Assembly (NCBI GenBank): GCA_964234715.1 | Contig: OZ174275.1 | Reading direction: 5' to 3' (one strand) | DNA: 64,000 bases | Source: Podarcis melisellensis | Taxonomy: Eukaryota | Part shown: one piece after another, positions 41,701 to 52,600 of the stretch | How the letters are laid out: each line of letters starts with the position of its first letter | How positions within the stretch are numbered: position 1 is the first letter of the stretch | Program-made: the position numbers and the translations under genes | The notes under the pieces: generated by a model | Database searches by the model: none | Seen by the model: the letters and a program-made list of their open reading frames with translations, nothing else | Told to the model about the DNA's origin: nothing

Positions 41701-43458
41701 CCTTTACCTTTACCTTTAACTATATGAAGAAGTCCTTTTGTCTGCCCTGAATCTTTCATCAATCAGCTTTATTAGATAATTCAGAGTTCTAATATTACTT
41801 TTTAAATTTATATTTTTATACTTTGACATTCAAAAAAGCAAAAATGCCAAAAGAAAGAGAGGGGAGAAAGACTGTGTTATATCAATGAGAAACAGTTTTA
41901 TGAAAAAAATTATCTATCACTTTTTCATTCAGTACTCAATAAACAAGGGTCATCTCTTGATAAAACAATGTTGCAAGCTGTTACTTATAACTTTCATTTT
42001 ATATATTAACTGTGGGAGTAATTCAACACTGGTTGTTCTGTCAGTGCAAACATTTCAGCTTTGAAGTCCCAACGACCAGCTGATAAATGGGACTTCAGGG
42101 TTCAGTGCATGGGATCAAACTACACAACACTTTGAAGCCCTGATGATCAACTGATTGTTGGAACTTTAAAGCACTATATCACCAGTCATTGTGAGGTGAT
42201 TGAAAGTAGAGGTGGCTCCACCCACCTGTCAAATTTGGCCAGTGCAGAGGGTAGGGTAGGTTAATTTGGGGAGGGGTGTTATTGGGTTGTTGTTTTTTTT
42301 AATTATGTAGGTTGTGTTTTTATATTGTGATTTTATCCTGTGAACCGTCCTGAGACCTGCAGGTATAGGGCGGTATACAAATTGAATAAATAATAGTAGT
42401 AGTAGCAGTAGTAATAGAGATAAGGATCTGGCCCACTGGCCATATCCAGATTCATGCCCTTGATCTACTGGATACAGTATTTCATCTGAGGACAAGAGAC
42501 AAATGGATTTTTGCACCATCCTGTTCCCACAGAAAGCATTGTTCAAAAACATTCAGCAACACCCACCTGCTCCTCTCTATTGTCAAAGGCTTTTGAGCAG
42601 GCAGAGCAGTACATCCTGTCTGACACCTCTAAGATCCTACTAGGTCGATCTGGTCCCTTAGTCACTGTAGTGTACAGAATGAAAATGAACACAGTTACTG
42701 GCAGAAATACAGTTATGTATGAAGGAATGTAAATCTTTGTTTAACACAACTCAAATGTATAACACCTCAGCGAATTCTGAGGGGCTTAAGAATGTGAAAA
42801 TCCTGATACAGAAGGCTGCAAATCTTAAACATTAGAATGAAAACCAAAAAAAGGAATTGAGAAATATTGTGTGAGAGAGAGTATCACTAACACCTCAATA
42901 GGAAGAATCCTGGATGGAATACACAAACAGCCCCAGTATTTAGTTTAAACACAACTGGTTTTAACTAATTGACAAAGATGCAAAATTACTAAAGCGGCAC
43001 ACTGATGATGTCATAAAGTGACACACTAACAAACACAAAAGGAAACCATGGTTTCTCATTACATGAATAAGCCACAGAAAGCCTTCAGCTTCCTCTTTTT
43101 GTGGTCATGAGGATAAAATCAGAAGCATTTGATTCCCATTTTAAACTAAAAGTTTTCCAAGATGTTTGAGCTTCGGGAATTGTTGCTTGGTTACCAAGAA
43201 CAAGCCAAGATCAAACTGTGGTTTCAAATCCTTATGTGTTTTCACCAACCGTAGTTTTAAACTCATGAGTCATGAACTCCGCAAACCTGGTGAACCCTTG
43301 GCCAGAACCCTTTTCCAGATATATGGCCCTTTAAAAGCAGTACCTGGAATGGCCACCGATGTGACATCTCCTGATGATTCAGTTACAAGGCAAAGTCCAT
43401 TCATTAAAGCTGCATTCTGAGCTGCATCAAACACAGACAAGGTCTCAGTAGGCTGCAT
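29777..43458 (-). CDS. ANKZF1: ANKZF1 (Vms1 orthologue, peptidyl-tRNA release/tRNA endonuclease); complement(join(29777..29897,29985..30055,31030..31197,31885..31996,32639..32891,33120..33221,34455..34619,35020..35118,35435..35657,36268..36415,37355..37470,39403..39587,40192..40294,42567..42664,43344..43458))
   Basis: C2H2 finger CSAC...[14 protein letters not shown]; VLRF1 domain [28 protein letters not shown] (catalytic Gln) and [11 protein letters not shown]; ankyrin repeat [27 protein letters not shown]; coiled coil; VIM motif RALAAERRL; C-terminal CWLCGESL...FSFCSTNCL. About 692 aa. The first coding-exon donor and the low-complexity linker exons are less certain. Confidence 0.92.
31836..31879. 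repeat. 24-bp-period tandem duplication (ATTCTTCATACATGCATCCA x2) next to an ANKZF1 donor site
   Basis: Direct reading. Confidence 0.8.
34578..34602 (-). repeat. Coding (GAG)n repeat, poly-Glu tract in ANKZF1
   Basis: (CCT)n on +, translating [13 protein letters not shown] on -. Confidence 0.8.
35925..37100. mobile_element. Three copies (~35925-36040, ~36525-36660, ~36970-37100) of a palindromic ~130-bp MITE family; further copies at ~1476-1580, ~11990-12090, ~21909-22020, 60877-61012 and ~63630-63765
   Basis: Shared core GGAACCTGTGGCCCTCCAGATGTTG..GGACTACAACTCCCATC..GGGATGATGGGAGTTGTAGTCC..CATCTGGAGGGCCACAGGTTCC, which is self-complementary. Confidence 0.7.
37471..39402 (-). other. Non-canonical GC-AG intron in ANKZF1
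   Basis: The exon ends ...YRCVLNTMK (AAG|GCATGT) in phase 0, matching the phase-0 acceptor CCAG|GGC at 37470. No good in-phase GT donor is nearby. Confidence 0.7.
37562..38737 (+). mobile_element. 5'-truncated L1/Tx1-clade LINE (ORF2 C-terminus, 3'UTR and A-tail), antisense in an ANKZF1 intron
   Basis: ORF 37737-38441 contains the zinc knuckle CWKC-x8-HLWWTC. AATAAA and an A-tail follow. A 14-bp TSD AAATAGGGATGGGC lies at 37548-37561 and 38738-38751, at a TT/AAA endonuclease-type site. Confidence 0.9.
41354..41717 (+). mobile_element. Sauria SINE, full length
   Basis: A/B boxes, (ACCTTT)3 tail, and 13-bp TSD AACTATATGAAGA at 41339-41351 and 41718-41730. Confidence 0.92.
42240..42415 (+). 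mobile_element. 3' end of a LINE (L2-like) with (TAA/TAG)n tail
   Basis: ...TGTGAACCGTCCTGAGACC..TATAGGGCGGTATACAAAT..AATAAATAATAGTAGTAGT, the usual form of squamate L2-type 3' termini. Confidence 0.55.
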
Positions 43459-43786
43459 GATCTGAGGGAGAAAGAGAGAGAAAATCAGCAAGCTTTTTTG
43501 GGAAGGGACCCTTCACTCCTACAGTTAACAACACATCCAGCTGTTATATCTCTATATTCAATAAGGAGTTATGAAAAATCTCCTTTGTCCTCAAGGGACA
43601 AACACAAAAAAACAGCCCCCACCTCCCAGGGCTGGATTTCTGTGTCTGTAACACACAGAAAGTATAATTTTTACAATACGTGTAGCTTTCTCCTATTTCT
43701 CCTATTGACAATGAAGATGCACCCTTCATTCTCCTTTCTATGGGCAGCAATTCATATGATTCCAAGTCTATACCAGATATGACATA

Positions 43787-44004
43787 CAGTGGTACCTCGG
43801 GTTAAGTACTTAATTCGTTCCGGAGGTCCGTTCTTAACCTGAAACTGTTCTTAACCTGAAGCACCACTTTAGCTAATGGGGCCTCCTGCTGCCGCCGTAG
43901 CATGATTTCTGTTCTCATCCTGAAGCAAAGTTCTTAACCCGAGGTAATATTTCTGGGTTAGCGGAGTCTGTAACCTGAAGCGTATGTAACCTGAGTTACC
44001 ACTG
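43787..44004. mobile_element. Tc1/mariner (Tigger-like) MITE
   Basis: TIRs CAGTGGTACCTCGGGTTA / TAACCTGAGTTACCACTG flanked by TA duplications (43785-43786 and 44005-44006). Confidence 0.88.
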
Positions 44005-45289
44005 TATAGGCTAAAGGCTTCTATTCCTTATTATAAATACATGGTAGGGCAGCAAGCGGGTTGTTTTGTAAGCAGCTTTGAGGATATGTGTGTGTCTGTT
44101 TTAGCAATCAAGCAATGAATACATTTTATGAAATAAATAAAACAAAACAAGCACAACCCTAAATCTGCCCGTTTTCGGTCAAGTCAATTATTCTTGGCGA
44201 TACCTTTTCTCCTCAGGTTCATGAAAGTGCACCTGCATACATGGTTACCTGGGAAGAACATTTTGTGGATAGTGTCACTGACGTCCCTTCTAAATCAGGG
44301 CTGACTATTCTATTACTGTATTGAGGCCCCACTCCTTTCATATTTTAATATCTTTTGGCCCTGGTACAACACTGAAATAAGAAGTTGCTGGGGCAGAAAT
44401 AATCAATTCTATTTTACAACAGCGTAAGATATAAAGCTCTGGGATCAGATGACCAGCACACAGTTGCTCTCAAAATTTCTGTGTCCCAACTAGTGTCCAA
44501 AAGATCCAAAATCTCTTGGTGCCTCTATATGTCATGTCTCAATTTCCTAGTGGTGCTTGCAACAGATTTTATTACAGTATTAAATGTCTTTAACGGTTAG
44601 TCAAGAGTTGGAAAGAGTTAGTCTGAAAAGCTGTGTGTCTTGGAGAATTGTGCAGTAGTTCACTCACAATTGTACTGAGGGGCAACTGTGCATTAAAAAT
44701 AATGACCAGATCAAGGAAGGTCAGTAAATGAAGGCTACGTCAGCTGTTTCAGACTGACTGATACGTCAGTCATTCACCCCACCAAAGGTGAAGGTGGGGC
44801 AGAAAGGTCACCAAACCAGTTGTGCAGGCTACATAACACAGTCCCAGGGTCAAGTATAAGAAGATAACATCATTTGTCTACACTGCAAGCAGCAACATAA
44901 CAACAGAGCAAGAGACAGCGGAAAAAACTTCTCACAAGTCATAATAGACACAGAAACCACAGGACAAAACAGGCTAGCTATTATTATTATTATTTTAATT
45001 ACTTAAGGCTAGCTATTGAGTCATAAGGATTACACAAGAAGTTACAGCAAAGGAGGAAAAGGCCAGTGCGGGTGGGGGCCGACATGTGTCAAGAAAATCA
45101 ATCGCCTGAATCTACTGGTCTTTAACTGGTGGATCTGGACCTGCAAGTGAGCACGTCCAGGGTATTCCCCCCCCCCTCGGAAAAAAATAAAATCCTTTGA
45201 TAGGCTATTAAAGTATTCCAAGAATTCTTTGAGATAAGTACAGTATTAGTCCTGAGAGCAGAGCCACCATTCACTGCCAGGGGTTCATA

Positions 45290-46330
45290 TGACGGGGTGA
45301 ACCATTGTTCTGGCGCCGTTCCTGCTAGAAAAACCCGTGTCAGCTCCCGCGTTCAGCAGGGCTGGCGGAGAAATGCAGCGGGGAAGATGCCGAGAGAGAT
45401 AAGCCGCGCGACCCCGAGTGTTTCAGGAGGCCCCGGGGATGCTGTCGGAATAGGGGGCGCTTACCACTCTCCGGGCTGGAAAGCACACGAGGCGCCCCTG
45501 CTCCTCTCGCGGCGGACCTTCGCCCTCTGGCACACGTCACTTCCGTTTGTCAAGGACCCCGCCCCCTCCCGGCGGAGACAATCCTTTCCCCGCCCCGCCT
45601 CCTCCTCTTCCTCCCCCCACCGCAGCTTTCCCATTGGCCCTCCCCGATCCCACCTCCTCGTCCTTTCCCGGCCTCCCATTGGCAGCGGAAAGCGCCCGCC
45701 GGTCGGGACAAGGGAGGAGGCGAGTGGGGCGGGGAGAGAGAGAGAGAGAGAAAGTGAGTGACAGACAGAGCCTGGGAAGTCGCGGCGGCGGAGGAGGCTG
45801 AGCCCCGGGTCCGGTCACTAGGGGCGACTGTCCTGGAGGTGAGCCGCGCAGCCGCCGCCGGGAAAGGGATGGCGGGGGGGGGGGAGGACGGGGACGTGGG
45901 CCTCGCCTTGGAATCCCCGCCGCGCCGCCTCCCTCCCGCTTCCCAAGTAAACAACCTCCGAGGAAGGCCCCTCCCGGCCCGGCTCAGCCAAAACAAAACC
46001 GCCTCGGAGGAGCTGCCTGGGGCCGCCCAAGGAAAAGACCCCCCCCCCGGGTCCCTCTCTCCGCTGTGCCTGGCAGCGCTGCCTTTCCAACTCGGGAGGA
46101 GGGATCCGGCGAGGGGGCTGGCTCCCCTCCGGCTCAGCCCATCCCAGGGGGTGAGAGGGTTAAGGTGCAACCCCAAGGGGGCCCTTCCTCACCTGGCGGA
46201 GCAGGCCGCCTCTCCCTGGATTCCCTCTCCTTTGATTCGCGGGCGCCGGGGGAGCAGAACCAGCCCCTTCTTCGCCAATCAACCCCACAAAAGGGGCCTG
46301 AAGCTGTTCCTGTTTCGGGTCGGAGAGTGT
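45290..46330. promoter_or_regulatory. CpG island / bidirectional promoter of ANKZF1 (-) and ATG9A (+)
   Basis: Very GC/CpG-rich. Contains the composite ETS-CRE motif CACGTCACTTCCG (45533-45545), two CCAAT boxes on - (45633-45637, 45678-45682) and GC boxes. Minus-strand donor at 45464 (ANKZF1 exon 1) and plus-strand donor at 45839 (ATG9A exon 1). Confidence 0.88.
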
Positions 46331-46340
46331 TGAGTGGAAC

Positions 46341-46601
46341 CAGTGCCGGATTTACCTATAAATTTTGGGGGCCCCCAAAAATTTAAAAAGAAAAAACACC
46401 AAAATATAAGATGAAAACAAATAAAACCCACATACAGCAACAGTGTTTTGTGTTGTGTAGGGACCTGTTAGGTCCATAAATTACCATATAGCATATATTC
46501 AACACAAAAAACAGGAACAATTTGTTGCTGACAGCTGGACATATAAAGGGCCCCATTACCTTCAGTAGCTTAGGGCCTCAGCAAACCTAAATCCGGGCCT
46601 G
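46341..46601. mobile_element. hAT-type MITE with perfect 8-bp TSD
   Basis: TIRs CAGTGCCGGATTTA / TAAATCCGGGCCTG (12 of 14 match). TSD AGTGGAAC at 46333-46340 and 46602-46609. Confidence 0.88.
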
Positions 46602-46703
46602 AGTGGAACCAGCAGCCTCCAAGAGTCATCCTGCCAGCCGAACAGCCACATGCCCCTTGAAAGTCTCCATCTCCAGTGTACATCCTGCCTTTTTTCTTTT
46701 CAG

Positions 46704-46808
46704 GCGGGGGAAAAGCACATTGGGGATCCAAGGCTAGAGATGCTAGTCAGATGCCCAGAGCACAGCACAAGCAGAGGGTTCCTACAGCACATGGGGTAGA
46801 TGGAGCAG
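46704..46808 (+). other. ATG9A: Probable non-coding 5'UTR exon of ATG9A
   Basis: Strong polypyrimidine acceptor (TTTTTTCTTTTCAG) and consensus donor CAG|GTGAGT between promoter exon 1 and the first coding exon. Confidence 0.6.
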
Positions 46809-47279
46809 GTGAGTCTCTTGGTGTGTGTGTGTTTGCCATGTGCATAGGTGTTGCTTCAAGAGGGATTTATTTTGCCATTTGTTTTTGTCTGTCTGAATTG
46901 TAGTAGCTTACACCAAGTAAGATGGGTGTGCCCTTCCTGTAGCTGTAGGCACTGCATCTACATGAGTCAAAGTACAGGGTAAATAAGGAGAAATATTTAA
47001 AATAGGTGTGGTTGTTTTTATTTGCAAAAGTGGCAAGAATATATGTACATGCTCTGAATGAAGAAAAATCATTTGACATGCTGTTACAGTATCCCAAGGA
47101 TCCTTTAATCCAAGTGTGGGTTGAAACTTTGTAGTAGTCCATGGGTGAATCACTGATTTCTGGTTGGCCTGCTGGTTGGTAGGATTCTTGCCAAGAATGT
47201 GGGAGTAGGCTAACTCTGGTCTTATCCAACAATACATGTCTTATCTACTAAGGCAGGAATGGATACGTTGGATCGCTAG

Positions 47280-48340
47280 TTGAAAAAAAATAGAGAAGTC
47301 ACACGTGACTGTAGTCCGCCCATGTTCTAGTCATGACAGACAGTTAAAATTTCTAAATATCCTAAATGATTGTGCTGTAGAACATTTGGTCATGGAACTT
47401 ATCTGAGACGCGACCCTGAACTTACTTGTAAGTGGTGCCAGTACTTTGTGCAATATTTAAGTGTTGTTCAACTAGTTGGAAACAGTAACCAAAGAGTTAT
47501 CAAATTCAACGTATATGTAAGCAGAGTAGAGAATGGCTAAGGATGTCCACAGTCACATATGACTTCAAAAAATCAAATCTCGAAAATGAAATGATTGGTT
47601 GAAAGTCAAGTTGAAAGGGAAAGACTAGAGGGTCAAATCTCTCCAAAACATATTGATGGTATTCAGAATCACAAGAATAGAAGCATAGCTTGAATGTATA
47701 CTGTAAGTCAGGGAAGATGCTAGTGTAATAGAAGCAAGGAAGCTGTTAGAGGCAATAAGGCTTCTTCCTTCCTTTCACAAAATGGGAGGTCTTGCTCAAT
47801 TAAGGAGAACAAAATGGAACACATGCTTGCAAAACAAATTCAAAAAAGAAAGTAAGTTTTGAGGCGCATATAGCTAAAAATATTAAGATCAACAATAAAA
47901 AATATTATTAAAAGTGTGTGTGACAGATGTGAAAAGGGAAAATTACATGCCAATGATTCTGTCTGTCACATCCCATAATGGGATACTGTAGAGCTGGAAA
48001 GTGTGGAAAAGCTAAATCAAAAACATTGAGTAACTTTTTTTAGTTTTTAAAAAAGGTGAGTAAAGGGGGAGCATGTCAGAGGGAGATAAAATTATACATG
48101 TGAAGCAAGTGGATAGAGAGAACTTTCCTCTTGCTCTGTCATAGTGCTGGAGTCTGAGGCCATTCAGTGAGGTGGGAGATTCAGGACTGATAAAGGGAAG
48201 TACTTCACACACCTGAAAAATTGAAATTTGTTACCATTGGATGTAATGGAAGCCATAAACTTAGAGAGCTTTAAAAAAGGATTTGACAAATTCATGGGGA
48301 TAAGGTTACTATTCACAATGTCTATATACTACCACCTGGA
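47280..48340 (+). mobile_element. Degenerate CR1 LINE fragments
   Basis: Decayed ORF2-like stretches (FLNILND..., HIAKNIKINNKK) and a CR1-type 3' region (GGGAGATTCAGGACTGATAAAGGGAAGTACTTC...GACAAATTCATGG). Confidence 0.55.
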
Positions 48341-49635
48341 TCAGAGGCAGCAGGCCACAGAATACCAGTTGTAGGGGGAACAGCAGCAGCAGAACAACCC
48401 TGAGTAATCGCCCCATTTGCCTACTTTTTCTGACCCTCTCTAGCAAGTTGTTGTGTGGCAGGAACCTTAATGATTAAATAACTGAAAATGCTGAGTTGCA
48501 ATGATGATGAGACTAAAAGACAACAACTGTCCATGCAACTCCATGTCACTCTCAAGGTACACCTTTAACGCAGTGCTGGGTGCCAGATCAAGAAGCCTGA
48601 TAAGGGTTCTGTCACCCAGTAGTATGAAGTTTGGTTCCCCAAAGAGCTGAAGTCACTAGGGCATAGAATTCCTGGCCCTAGTTATGGTCTTGGTCCTGGT
48701 CTTTATCTCGGCTGAGCCTCAGTAGATCACCTTTGGCAAATTCTATCTTCCCAGAGTCCCATAGCTCCACCACTTAATTTTACACCTTGTAGCATAGGAA
48801 CTCTTGCTTTTCTCTAGACTAGAAGTTTGAATGTGTGAGAATATTGGCTTTAAAATGCATCTTTGAGTTTGCATATATGTTGTGCTCTACTATGAATCTG
48901 TTTTGAAAATATGCATGTGAATGCATGCATACACAGGTTCTCAGCTACACAAGAGCATGTGATTGTGGCACTGTGGGTACAGGATACTAGACTAGATAAA
49001 GTTTTTTTATTTCTCTTTTTTTCATTATTATGTATTTTTTACTTCTGGTATAGAAATAAAGCTAGAACAGTAGGCTAAATGAAAGTGAAGCTGCAGAGAG
49101 TTCTTGTAAACCCCAGCTAGGTAGGTTTCCTTTAGTTGAAACGTTGTACTTTCCTTTGTGTTTGGGGAGAGATTGATATACTTGCAATGGTATGTATCAA
49201 GTCCCTGCTCTGCCTGTTCATGAAAATGAAATTAAATGTATTTTAACAACAACAACAACTTTGTTGCAGACAACAGTTTGTGAATATGATGTAAAGCAAA
49301 GTCTCAAAACCCAGAATAGGTTTGGACAGGATGTTTCATGATCAGGCAGTGTTTCCTGCAATGCTCTCACCACCAATAATTATTTCCTACTTCTTAATTT
49401 GTGCTGCTTTTGTCTCCTGCTGCTTTCCTCTTTCCACTCTTTTCCTTCCTTGCCCTCTGCTATTTGTTCCCCACCAAAAGCTTCCAGTTCCTTTTAAGGG
49501 TAAAACTAAAATGAAATGAGGCTCCCAACCCAACTGATGCCTTCTAGTTATGTCTTAAATGTTACTTTTTTTTACCCTGTCTTTTCCCCCCTCAGAGCCT
49601 GTGTGACGTTGGATGAGGCCCAGCTCAGTGACAAC

Positions 49636-52600
49636 ATGGCTCACTTTGATACAGAGTATCAGCGGCTGGAGGCCTCCTACAATGATTCTCCCCCAGGAGA
49701 AGAGGACCTGATGGTTCATGTTGCCGAGGGCAGCAAATGTGAGTACAGCTGTGAGCGGCCAGCCTTGGGGCCAGGCACCCCACAAATCAGTGCTGATGGT
49801 GCCTGGGACTGGTGAAAGACTAATCTGAACAGGAAGTGGAATTGTGGGATTCTGGCTCTGTTTCTGGGGAAACTGCATTTGCTGTGCAGCATGTTTTCAA
49901 TCATGTCTGTTCCTGGGAAGCAGCAGTAGTAGGAGAAGGCAGTTGCATTATTGTATTGCTTGTGGATTTCCCAGAGGCATGTGACTGGCCACTGTGGGAC
50001 TAGACGGGCCTTTGGTCTTACGTTCTTAGTAAGTTTCCACGAAATTGAGCAAGGCTTTCTTTCTAGAAAGTGTTTAGGGTTCAGCTTTGAACTTTTGTTC
50101 TTAAACTATTGGGCTTGGATGGGGCCATGGGATGCTGTGTCGCAGCTCCCTCTCCCTCTGGCTTCTTTTTGCTGGGTTGAATTTTAGGATTCTTTTTTCA
50201 CTTTGTCTGTCTTGCAGCTCCCTGGCACCACATTGAGAATCTGGACCTCTTTTTCTCTCGTATATCCTTACCTGAAGGGCAGGGATGGTTGTATCCCAGC
50301 TGTTGGGATTGGGGGTGGGGCTCAGTTGCAGCAGAGCTGGGAACCCTTTACAAGGTTCCTTGTGGCCCATTAAAGACTCCAAGAGGCAAAGGACCTTTCA
50401 GTATCAGTTCAGGAACAAAGGATAGCACAATAAAGAACCAGCCTCTGGAACCCATACAGGTTTACAGGCCAGACAACAACAAAAACAATACAAGGAGATT
50501 TGCAATCACTCCCTCAAATGAAATTCTTTGCGGCAGAAAGTTTCTGACTCTTTCCTCCTGATGGTGGCTAATCGTGACTTAATAGCATGGCAGGTTGAAC
50601 TGGAAAAGGAGATGCTTCCTGCTCATGGGAGACTAGTCTCTGGTGAAACTAAGGGTGGGTACTGCAACCAATATTCTGAGCAATTCTCTTTGACTGTACC
50701 CCTCACGTCTATAACCTGCACCAGAAGAATGGCTTCACCTGTATGCTCATCAGTGAGATCTTTGAATTAATGTGAGTATGAACTCCATGTCTCTTCCCGT
50801 AAAACAGGATTGGAAGTGGACATTCATTGTATTTCCATGGGCACCTTGTCAGAGGTGAAAAAGAGAGTTCTGGTTTCCTGCTGGAGCTAGTGATCCTTCC
50901 CTGGCCCCAATTCCCTGTCATTCAGGTTGATAGGAAAACAAATCCTACTCCTGATTCTCTTTATGCAAGATGTCTCTGGTATGAAGGATTTAGACAGCTG
51001 GTGCCTTTTGCTGGCCCAGATAATTTGAAGATGGGAGCGGGGAAGGGAAGGCTGAGTGCCTCCTAGTGCGACACATCTTCTCTTCTCACAGGCAGTTCAT
51101 CTTTGTTGTGGCCTTCACCACATTCCTTGTCAGCTGTGTTGACTACGATATCCTGTTTGCTAACAAGCTGGTGAATCACAGCCAGCATTCCAGTGACCCT
51201 GTCAAGGTGACCCTGCCAGATGCCTTCCTGCCTCCCAATGAGTGCAGTGCCAGGTAAAGTTAGCAAGGGCTATCCTTTCCTAAATTTGACCACATCTTGG
51301 TTGGGTCTAAAATCCAAGAGGCCTCCTTTGCATTTTAAATCACACTCAATTGTAGCTGTAGGCTCGGAAATGTAGTTCTTGCAAGGTGAGCGTTGCTGTC
51401 AAAACTGCTTTCAGATGTTTACTTCTATATCTGCCAAATCTGGGGTCTCCAGTGTTAACCTAATGTCATTGATAAAGTCGGGCCCCTGACGAGCCAGCTG
51501 GACTTTTAGTATACTAGACAATCTTTGGCCCCTTGTGGATTAACTGTGAGAGAAAGCTTTGAGTTCACATTTGTAGCTGTACCCATCTTCTCTCAGATTT
51601 TCCAGCCTAGTTGCCCATTAGTACAGTTTAATGCATCTCAGCACTGCATAGCCTTGCACCCACCTGAAGTGCCTGAATTCTAGCAATCTGAGAAGGAGGG
51701 GTTGGCACATGCTTTGGAAAGAACTGTAACGACCAGAAGGGAGGTGGCTGCTTCTTCCTTTCGGTGAATCCATCTTTCTCATAGGATCCAGGCCAATGGA
51801 TTTCTCATCTCTATTCTGGTGATTGCGGGGGTCTTCTGGATCCATCGGCTGATTAAATTCATCTACAACATTTGCTGCTATTGGGAAATCCACTCTTTTT
51901 ACATCAATGCTCTCAAGATTCCCATGGTAAGCTGCTGTGCTCTGGGAACCGTTAGACATGCATGCACAAATCTACACACTGTGCTATTGATAGGGAATGT
52001 TGACACCTTAGCAATATAGTTCTGATTACCTGATTACAAGCAAATCAGTACTGCCATATCCTGCCCCCACTTTTTGTTTGCAACCTTCCCAGGAGCATTT
52101 GACTGACTGTTACTGGAGACAGAATGCTGGACCAACATGACTTTTGGTTTGACCCAGAATAACATTTGGGTTGATCCTGAAATTCAGTTCTTAGTGTCTC
52201 ATGTTCTTTTCGAAGCAGTGAGAGGCCTGCAGATAATACCTATTGCTTCTTCTCCTTTAAGGGAAAAATCTTCCACTCCTGAATCTTCCTCTGTCCCTTA
52301 TTGACCTTCCTCCAGAGTTGTACACTGCTGCTGATCTTTCTGGTCTGCTGCTAATCCCATGGTTGCTCAATCTGACTTGCTTGGTTGAGTGGCAGGGCTA
52401 GTATGTTCTGCAGCTGTCATTGTCTGGTTTGCCAGTGTTTGTTATTTGGTCCTTGCCCAAGAGTGTTAGAAGTTGAGTCTCTGCATAACCAATTCCCTTC
52501 CCCTTTTTCAGGAGTGGGGAATGTTTTTGTTTGTTAAATTTGTTAGTCACTTTATCTTTCCCAAGACAACTCAAAGCAACAAACAAACAACCAAATGGAC

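Noticed and set aside
45297-46386. Long ORFs (154, 208 and 191 aa) in both directions over the CpG island
   Set aside because: They are low-complexity G/P/R/A-rich frames expected in GC-rich DNA, show no recognisable domain, and cross apparent exon-1 donors.
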